From the IMG/VR virus record IMGVR_UViG_3300032327_000953, positions 174,136-238,135 of that record: a DNA stretch of 64,000 nucleotides; one strand, written 5' to 3'. Below are positions 47,878 through 55,645 of this stretch, one piece after another; position 1 is the first letter of the stretch, and every line of letters begins with the position of its first letter. The translations under genes and the position numbers were made by a program. The notes beneath the pieces are model-generated. The model was not told the DNA's origin. It saw nothing but the letters and a program-made list of their open reading frames with translations, and did no database searches. This DNA is from a virus. Lineage: Duplodnaviria; Caudoviricetes.

Positions 47878-48608
47878 CTAAAATTATAGGTTTTTCTGGC
47901 AAAAAACAATCTGGTAAAAATACATCAGCAAACTTTATCTACAGTTTGTATATGATTAATCAGGCTCATTGTCAGAAAGCAAAGATTAATCCCCAAGGTT
48001 TAATCGATGTTGTTAAAAATGATAATATGAATATTACTATTGATGTTAATGAATATTATCTTAATGCCTCTAACTATATAGATCAAGAAATGCTTGATGT
48101 TATCAACAAACTAAATTCATACATTAAAATCTATAGTTTTGCGGATATTCTAAAAAAGAACATATGCATGGATCTACTAGACTTAACATACGAACAATGT
48201 TATGGTCCAGATTCTTCAAAAAATGAAGTGACAAATGTATTTTGGGAAAACAAATATCTAACTGCCAGAGAAGTTATGCAGTTCGTTGGAACTGATTTAT
48301 TCAGAGCAATGAAACCTAATATTTGGCCAGAAAGTACAATTAAAAGAATTCAAGAGGATGCTCCTGAGTTAGCTCTTATTACTGATTGCAGATTTCCAAA
48401 TGAAGTGGATGCTATTCATAGTGCTGGTGGTATAGTTATTAGGCTAACAAAAGATAAACATCTATCGTCCAGTCATATTAGTGAAACTATTTTAGATAAA
48501 AATTCTTATGATTGGAATAATTTTGATTTTATTTTAGATAATGACAATATGTCAATCTATGAACAGTCGATGGCTCTATATGAACTTTTACAAAATATCC
48601 TAGCGTGA
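47874..48608 (+). CDS. deoxynucleoside monophosphate kinase
   Basis: IIGFSGKKQSGK, SFADILK, REVMQFVGT, ITDCRFPNE. Confidence 0.88.
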   Translation: MTKIIGFSGKKQSGKNTSANFIYSLYMINQAHCQKAKINPQGLIDVVKNDNMNITIDVNEYYLNASNYIDQEMLDVINKLNSYIKIYSFADILKKNICMDLLDLTYEQCYGPDSSKNEVTNVFWENKYLTAREVMQFVGTDLFRAMKPNIWPESTIKRIQEDAPELALITDCRFPNEVDAIHSAGGIVIRLTKDKHLSSSHISETILDKNSYDWNNFDFILDNDNMSIYEQSMALYELLQNILA

Positions 48609-48616
48609 GGTGACCC

Positions 48617-49657
48617 ATTATAATTACATACTTTAGAAGCTCATCATATAATACTCATTCAATGTGTGAGCAACAGTACTTTATGGAGTACGTATTAGGT
48701 TGGAGATCGCCTAGTAATCAAAAAGCAGACAAGGGAACTATTGTTCATAAGGTTTTGGAAATCTTGGCCGTTATCAAAAAAGCACAGCAAGATAATCAAG
48801 ATTCTATAAATGATGATATTCTTGGAGATCTTCCAGTAGTTGGATATGATCTGGAAAACATCATAAAAAATGTATACGATTATTATATAGGATTATGCCA
48901 TCACCATAAGTGGGCAGAAAAAGATTTTACAGATTGTCGGAAGTGGGTATATAAAGCTCTAGAATTTAATAATGGGATGTTTGATCCTAGGAATAGAGAT
49001 ATCCTGTGTCCAGAACAAAGGTTTGACATAGCTATCAATAAGAAGTGGGCAGAATATGAGTATGACTATAAAGATCAAAAAATTAAAGGTACTCTTGGCC
49101 TAAAGGGAACTATAGACCTAATAACCAAAGTTGATGATTCAACCATAGAAATTATTGACTGGAAAACAGGGAAAAGATTAGATTGGGCTACTGGACAAGA
49201 AAAGACCCAAGAAAAGCTAGAAAATGATCCACAGTTAAGAATCTATCACTATGCTGTTCAAAAACTATATCCCGATATTCCCCATGTTATCGTTACGATA
49301 TTTTTTATCAACGACGGTGGTCCATTCAGTATAATCTTTGACAAGTCTGATCTGCCAAAAACAGAAGAAATGCTAAAAGATAAATTTGAGATTATTAAGA
49401 AAGCAAGAAAACCAGCATTAAAGAAAAGCTGGATGTGCAGTAAGCTATGTCACTTTGGTAAAACAACTTTTGACAATACTCATATTAATCCATTAGAAGA
49501 ATATAGAGATGGACAGCTTTGTGCCAAAGACTCCAATATGACCAAGTGCGAACAAATAAAGCATGACATAGAGATGAAAGGTATGGATATGGTCATTGAC
49601 GAATACTCCGCCAAGGGGCATAATATAGGAAACTACAAAGCCCCAGGAACCATTTAA
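48617..49657 (+). CDS. PD-(D/E)XK exonuclease (RecB/AddB/Cas4-like), probable non-AUG start
   Basis: RSSSY....CEQQY, GTIVH, EQRF, GTIDLI, IIDWKTG, QLRIY, CSKLC; frame extends upstream of ATG 48662 to ATT 48617 behind SD GAGGTG. Confidence 0.85.
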   Translation: MIITYFRSSSYNTHSMCEQQYFMEYVLGWRSPSNQKADKGTIVHKVLEILAVIKKAQQDNQDSINDDILGDLPVVGYDLENIIKNVYDYYIGLCHHHKWAEKDFTDCRKWVYKALEFNNGMFDPRNRDILCPEQRFDIAINKKWAEYEYDYKDQKIKGTLGLKGTIDLITKVDDSTIEIIDWKTGKRLDWATGQEKTQEKLENDPQLRIYHYAVQKLYPDIPHVIVTIFFINDGGPFSIIFDKSDLPKTEEMLKDKFEIIKKARKPALKKSWMCSKLCHFGKTTFDNTHINPLEEYRDGQLCAKDSNMTKCEQIKHDIEMKGMDMVIDEYSAKGHNIGNYKAPGTI

Positions 49658-49694
49658 TACACACTCATACACATTTTAAGTTTTTCTCCAAATT

Positions 49695-49702
49695 AGTGTA
49701 TA
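49695..49702 (+). promoter_or_regulatory. putative late promoter variant AGTGTATA for the endonuclease gene
   Basis: In the gap before SD AAGGAG / ATG 49724. Confidence 0.5.
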
Positions 49703-49723
49703 TGTATGTATAAGGAGAAACAT

Positions 49724-50443
49724 ATGGGGCGTAAAATCGAAAATGGCAGATTTACTAAATGTTACGATAAAAAGCTAACTAAAAAATTCTTAGAAAAAGA
49801 ATATCCAAAAAAAGGGGCATATGTTCTTTCTAAATCTTTAAATATACATGTTAAGACGATATATAATTATTTAGAATACTATAACATACCTAGAACCAGA
49901 AAAATAAGTAAAACCCTCAAATCTGGACAAATTTTTGGACTTCTAACATTACTTCATCCAGAAGGTAAAAATAAAAGCGACGGTGGAACTAAATGGAAAT
50001 GCCAATGCAGTTGTGGAAATACTACTATAGTACCACAATCTAGATTGAAGACGAATAGAGTAAAGAGTTGTGGTTGTTGGAAAAAAAGAAAAATGAACCA
50101 CAGATGGAAAGGATATTGCGGAATCAGTGGAGCTAGGGTTTCAGAGATAAAAGGCAGAGCAAGAAAACATAATTTTGATTTTGATCTAGATCCTAAATTT
50201 TTATGGAATTTGTATATCGATCAAAATAAGAAATGTGCAATCACGGGTAAGCCCATAGAGATTGACATCGACGGATCACTGGATAGAATAGACAGCAGCA
50301 AGGGCTACGTCAGAGATAATGTCTGGTGGGTCACAAAAAATATTAACAAAATGAAACTAGATTTTTCGCTACCTATATTTATAGATCTATGCGAACAAGT
50401 CGTAGCCAACAAGGAGAAAATAAAGTATGGACGTGAAGCATAA
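49724..50443 (+). mobile_element. free-standing HNH-like putative homing endonuclease
   Basis: HTH-like N-terminus, GQIFGLLT..WKCQCSCG..SCGC, SLDRIDSSKGY..N....N..K; own promoter and SD; wedged between exonuclease and dnaE. Confidence 0.75.
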
Positions 50444-52319
50444 CTATGTGCCTCTACACGTCCATTCTTAGCGATCTCACTACTCGCTATTGGATGGACT
50501 CTCTAAACCAGATCAAATTGCTGAAAGATGTTTAGCTATCGGAGCTAAGTCTTGCGCTATAACAGATCATGGTTCAATTTCAGGTGCTGTTTCATTCTAT
50601 CAGTCAATGAAAAAGAAAAACATCAAGCCTATTCTTGGATGTGAGCTTTATATTTGTGAAGGTTTATCTACCAATCAGAATAAGGAAAATGGCTCCTTAT
50701 CTCATATGTTGGTTCTGGCAAAAAACCAGAAAGGCTGGCAAAATCTCATCCGTTTAGTTTCAACTACCAACGAGCCATCAAGGTTTTATAGAAAGCCTAG
50801 GATCAGTCTAAGTGAGATGGAGAACCTAGATATGAGCGGACTACTCTGTATCACTGGTCATCTTGGTTCCAATCTGGCCGATGCTGTTGGAAATGGTAGT
50901 GATTTGACCAAAGCAGAAAATATGATTGGTCAGTTATCTGGTATATTTGGAAAAGACCATCTATTTTTTGAAGCCCAATTAATGGATAAGGAACATACTC
51001 CAAGTCAGATAGTTTTAACTGATATTATGAGAAATTTATCTGTCAAGCATAAAGTAAAAATGATAGCAACTCCAGACGCTCACTATGCCAAAAAAGAAGA
51101 TGCTATTGATCAAAGAGTTCTTTTGTGCAACACATTGAAAACAACATTTCCAGAAGTTAATAAAAAGATAGTTAATGATCAAGATGTTCCTCTTGGATGT
51201 TTTTTCAAATCAGATAATTTCTATATACTGTCCAACGAAGAAATGATAGAACTTCATACGGAAGAAGAATTAAGGAACACGAATCTTGTAGATGAAATGT
51301 GTGAAGAATATAATATCCTCAAAACTCCACAACTTCCTAGGTTTACAGATAATGAAGACGAATATCTAAGACAGCTTTGTAGAAATGGATGGAGAAAACG
51401 AGGATTTACTCAAGCCTCAGAAGAGGACCAAGCAATTTATGCAGAAAGAATCAAGCAGGAGTTGCAAGTTTTACAAGGAGCTAATCTATCTGGCTACTTC
51501 TTGATTGTTCAAGACATATTGGGTTATATACGATCAAAAGAGTGGTTACCCGGACCCGGACGAGGTTCGGCGGCAGGATGTCTAGTATCCTACTTATTAG
51601 AGATTACTAATATTGATCCTATAAAGTATAATCTTTTGTTTGAGAGATTTTATAACGCTGGTCGAAATAGTGGAGATAGAGTTTCCATGCCAGATATTGA
51701 TATTGACGTACCAATGACAACCAGAGATGACGTTATCTCATATATCAAAAACAAATATGGTGAAAATAAAGTTTCTCAAATGATTACTTTTAATACCATG
51801 AAGGGGCGAGGAGCCTTAAAAGAAGTATTAAGAGTTTATGGGGGATTAACCTATGAGGAAATGAATCAAATTACCAAAAATATTCCTGATGAGGCAAAGA
51901 TTGCAGATGAACTCCAAGAAATGAAAGAAGAAACCGGAGAGTCTTCAATTATACAGTGGTCTTTAGAGAATATGCCAGAAAAGTTCAAAGAGTGGTGCAA
52001 AATAGAAGATGACGGCTCAATAAGTGGACTATTTGCAAAAAGATTTGAACAAGCTATTAGATTAGAAGGAACCAAGTCCAATCAATCAAAACACGCTGCT
52101 GGTATTGCCATTTCGGCCCATAATTTAGATGAGATTTGTCCTATGGTGTATGATTCTAAGACCGGTAATCCTATTGCTGGTATGGAAATGCAAGATCTAG
52201 AATCATTAGGTATTGTTAAGTTTGATATTTTGGGTATCGGTATGTTAGATAAAATTATGTGCATTCAATCTATTTTAAAGGGTAATAATTATGTCACAAC
52301 AACAAACAACATTTGCTAA
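50427..52319 (+). CDS. dnaE: DNA polymerase III alpha, N-terminal part (PHP + palm); in-frame TAG at 50469-50471
   Basis: SD AAGGAG 50411-50416, ATG 50427, YVPLHVHS*RSHYSLLDG, TDHG, GCE, TPDAHY, GRGSAAG, PDIDID, KHAAG, KFDILG. Confidence 0.92.
50460..50499 (+). other. 9-nt insert TAGCGATCT (50469-50477) within a 14-bp hairpin; candidate ribosomal bypass element
   Basis: Matched TCT codons flank TAG CGA; GTCCATTC/GGATGGAC and TAGCGA/TCGCTA stems; 9-nt loop. Confidence 0.8.
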
Positions 52320-52473
52320 TATCGCTAATGATACAGTCTTTATCTATAATGGAATAGACTATAAGAAAACTGCAGAAGTAAGGGTTTCTTGCTGTAGAAA
52401 ACTCAATGCCGTTATGGTCAATAATAATGAAAAAGTTTTTATTCCAGATAATGCAGTTATAACAATCAAGTAA
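52291..52473 (+). CDS. 60-aa protein with CC motif
   Basis: TFANI..DTVF..YKK...CCRKLNA, similar to an internal segment of the next gene. Confidence 0.7.
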   Translation: MSQQQTTFANIANDTVFIYNGIDYKKTAEVRVSCCRKLNAVMVNNNEKVFIPDNAVITIK

Positions 52474-52495
52474 TAAAGTTTATTAGGATTATTTA

Positions 52496-54946
52496 ATGAC
52501 TCATATTTTAGAGATACAGGACGGTGTTCTGTACTCATCTGGAGATAATGACTATGGACAGTTGGGGTTGGGAGATGTTAAAAGGCACGAAACCTCTCAG
52601 ATAGTCACCACCGGAATTGCAACATACGATGCTATTCCATGGATAGAAGCAAAAACCGGACTCAACCATTCTATAGGCGTTAAAAAAGATAAGAGCATAT
52701 GGTTTTGGGGGTCTAATGTGGAAGGCCAAATGGCACTTCCTAGTGAGATATTGTATCTTACGAAACCAAAAAAGATGGATATACCCATTAATGTATCTAA
52801 AGATATAGATATAAATAGTGGATTATATTTTACGATTATAGCTCAAACATCAGAGAAAGCATACGGATTTGGTACTTTTCAAAATTTCAAATCAAATGTA
52901 GTTGAATTATATAGGACTATTGTTCCTATTTATTCTATTGATCCTCTGGGAGATGTATTCTTAACAATAGACACTAGTTCCAAAACAATAATTGGACGCA
53001 TACAAGACGTTGGCTATGTTTATTCCGACTGGTCTGGGGATTTATTTGTTAATGAGTATGTTAAATTTTCTGATTTAAGAACAGGAGATCATTTTACACT
53101 ATATGATCCAAGTAATAGAGAAAGACTAGTATATAAAAAAGTAGATATGTTCCAGCTAGCAGACGGATGCTGTAAAATTAATGCTGCTTGTATGCATAGA
53201 AAGTTTAGAGAATTATTAAGTTCAGTACCAATACAATATCCTACTTTGCCTGGATTTGCTGTGGATCAATTACTTGGTACAGATAGAACCAGACTTGTTC
53301 CAGCAACCGATCAGTATGGAGCAAATTTTGTATTTAATTCAGCTATTGCTGGCATGAATATTGCTGCATCTTCTTTTCCTAATAATGTAGATCCAATAAC
53401 ATTAAAAGGATTGTATTTAGCAACAGGTAAAAATACTCTATTAGATATTCTATTATTTGGGGGATTATATTTTAGTCCAGATTTAACACAAACATTGAAT
53501 ATTAATACTGTAGTTCAAAAAATATATGCTAGAGAGGTTTATAAGAAAGATGCTTTTCCTCCATATTTTTCCGAAGTTGGTGATTATGAGTTATTGCCTG
53601 GGAGAGAATATAATCCAGATCCAATAGCTAGATATAACCAATATGAAAAAGCAGCGCCAATGTATTGGTTTAAATTAGATTCAGATAAGAAACCCATCAA
53701 ATATAAAACCGCCCATAGAGACTTCCTGTATACTGCACCAGTACAAAGAATGAGTACTCTGGAAAAAAATCTATTTGATTTGTATTTCAGCACTTCATCA
53801 GGATTCTTCTATACTGAGCCACCAAAAAATGATGGAGACACCCCCAATATAATAAAACATGAAGTTGATCTTCCTGCAGATGAAAATAATCATATCACAG
53901 TAGAGGATCGTATTTTAGATTATCCGTATCTAATCTCATATGACATAACCACCGGTCAATCATCCTTTGCTCAAAACTTTTTTGACCCATACTTAAGAGT
54001 TAAAATACAAGATCCAACACAAGGGGGGATAGCATGTAATGATCCCGGCACGGGCGCTGGACCAATTACAACAATAAGTTCAGATGATATCAAATGGCTT
54101 TATGAATGCGAAGTACACACAGGAAACAGAACATATCCAACTTACAATATAGGTATTTATGCTCAACAACTCATTGATTATTTTTTAAATCCAGATACTG
54201 ATCCAGAAGAAACTAATAAATTCTTCGGCTTTGCAAAATTTGAATTAGAAGAATTAGTTACCACTATTAAAACTGGTAATCCAGATAAGCCAGGATATGG
54301 GGTAGTCAAAAAATCTTTTGGTTTACTGAGAGATGTACTTAATGTTCAAATCAATAATAAGTTTTATTTTTCTCCCACTACTAATCAACCAATATTTAAA
54401 ATAAGTCAAACAGAAGATTCTGAATCTAGTCAAACAATATCTTTTACAAATGCAATAAGAAATTATACTTTATATGGTACTTATGATGGAGTTCATAAGA
54501 TTAGAATACCATATAAGAAGATATCTTGTTTTACATATTTTTCCAAAACAGCCAAAGTAGAGAATAATAAACTTGTTTACTCATATACTCCAGATAGATC
54601 CACAATAGTTGTGCCAACAGATATTACCAATAGAATTATTGCCACAAATACTAAAATAAGTTATTGGGTACCCAAAAAAGTTGATGAAAAGGGGAATTTT
54701 ATACAATATGCAAATAACTTAATGCAACAAACAGTGAGTGTTGTGGTAACGAAAGTAACATACGACTCTGCAACGAATCTTACAAAAATAACTCTGGACA
54801 AACCGTTCAGTGTTGACTATATTATAGGATGTATCCCATACATAGGACCACCACCGGGATGTGGCCCAATTATCTCTCCAGAAATTTATTACAATAACCT
54901 TTTCGATACTACACTAGCTTTACAGGACACAACGGGATCATTATGA
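52496..54946 (+). CDS. large protein with N-terminal RCC1-like repeats
   Basis: LYSSGDNDYGQLGLG, GLNHSIGV..IWFWGSNVEGQM, SGLYFT..AYGFG. Confidence 0.75.
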   Translation: MTHILEIQDGVLYSSGDNDYGQLGLGDVKRHETSQIVTTGIATYDAIPWIEAKTGLNHSIGVKKDKSIWFWGSNVEGQMALPSEILYLTKPKKMDIPINVSKDIDINSGLYFTIIAQTSEKAYGFGTFQNFKSNVVELYRTIVPIYSIDPLGDVFLTIDTSSKTIIGRIQDVGYVYSDWSGDLFVNEYVKFSDLRTGDHFTLYDPSNRERLVYKKVDMFQLADGCCKINAACMHRKFRELLSSVPIQYPTLPGFAVDQLLGTDRTRLVPATDQYGANFVFNSAIAGMNIAASSFPNNVDPITLKGLYLATGKNTLLDILLFGGLYFSPDLTQTLNINTVVQKIYAREVYKKDAFPPYFSEVGDYELLPGREYNPDPIARYNQYEKAAPMYWFKLDSDKKPIKYKTAHRDFLYTAPVQRMSTLEKNLFDLYFSTSSGFFYTEPPKNDGDTPNIIKHEVDLPADENNHITVEDRILDYPYLISYDITTGQSSFAQNFFDPYLRVKIQDPTQGGIACNDPGTGAGPITTISSDDIKWLYECEVHTGNRTYPTYNIGIYAQQLIDYFLNPDTDPEETNKFFGFAKFELEELVTTIKTGNPDKPGYGVVKKSFGLLRDVLNVQINNKFYFSPTTNQPIFKISQTEDSESSQTISFTNAIRNYTLYGTYDGVHKIRIPYKKISCFTYFSKTAKVENNKLVYSYTPDRSTIVVPTDITNRIIATNTKISYWVPKKVDEKGNFIQYANNLMQQTVSVVVTKVTYDSATNLTKITLDKPFSVDYIIGCIPYIGPPPGCGPIISPEIYYNNLFDTTLALQDTTGSL

Positions 54947-55644
54947 AAAATAAGATATGCGTATTTGACTTTGAAACAGATGGAATCAATACGGATGAAT
55001 GTAGCCCGGTACAGATTGCTGCTATTATCGTGGACCCATACAATTTGTCTATCGTAAAAGATTCTGAATTCAATATTATGGTTAAGCCAGAAAAGCTTGA
55101 ACTAGATAAAGATTATACATATAAGGATTCTGATATTCTGGATTTTCATGCTAAAGTGAGAAGTTCAACCCCAGAAAAAATACTTGAGTCTTGGCAAAAC
55201 GCAATATCTCAACAACAAGCTTGGTCAATGTTCTCCAAATATCTAGAGATCTACCATCTCAACAGATCAAAAAAGAGTATGTTTTCTGCACCAGTAGCAT
55301 CAGGATATAACATACTCAGATTCGATATGAAAATAGTGGAAAGATTTAGTCGTAAATTTGGCTATGTTAATAGTGAAAATGGCACAAGTCTATTTTATCC
55401 AAGAGATACTCTAGATATGATGAATCTGTTATTTTACTGGTTTGAAAGTAATAATGATATGAAGAGTCTAAGTTTAGACAATATCCGCGATTATATGGGA
55501 ATAACCAAAGAGGGCGCTCACGACGCTTTGAAAGATGTCAGAGATTCTGCTGAACTGGTTATCAGATTTCTAAGGTTGCATCGTAATCTTTCCAAAAAAA
55601 TTAAGTTTAAGGACTCTTTTTCGTCAGATAGCACACTAGTTTAA
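54943..55644 (+). CDS. dnaQ: DEDDh 3'-5' exonuclease (epsilon-like)
   Basis: FDFETDG, GYNILRFD, HDALKDV. Confidence 0.88.
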   Translation: MKNKICVFDFETDGINTDECSPVQIAAIIVDPYNLSIVKDSEFNIMVKPEKLELDKDYTYKDSDILDFHAKVRSSTPEKILESWQNAISQQQAWSMFSKYLEIYHLNRSKKSMFSAPVASGYNILRFDMKIVERFSRKFGYVNSENGTSLFYPRDTLDMMNLLFYWFESNNDMKSLSLDNIRDYMGITKEGAHDALKDVRDSAELVIRFLRLHRNLSKKIKFKDSFSSDSTLV

Positions 55645-55645
55645 T

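Noticed and set aside
48617-49657. Cas4 / CRISPR system
   Set aside because: The nuclease sits in a replication block; no cas1/cas2 and no repeat-spacer array in the window.
49658-50468. Group I intron carrying the endonuclease inside dnaE
   Set aside because: No upstream exon with a start codon, no room for or sign of P/Q/R/S core elements, and dnaE has its own SD and ATG after the endonuclease.
50469-50471. Genome-wide amber (TAG) reassignment as the explanation for the dnaE stop
   Set aside because: TAG terminates ordinary genes here (3683-3685, 22625-22627), and no other gene seems broken by TAG. Readthrough would also leave three extra residues in the PHP motif.
50427-52319. dnaE-N as a pseudogene or simple sequencing error
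   Set aside because: The remaining 600+ codons and all catalytic motifs are intact. The insert keeps frame, duplicates the preceding codon and is complementary to downstream sequence. This is not formally excluded without reads.
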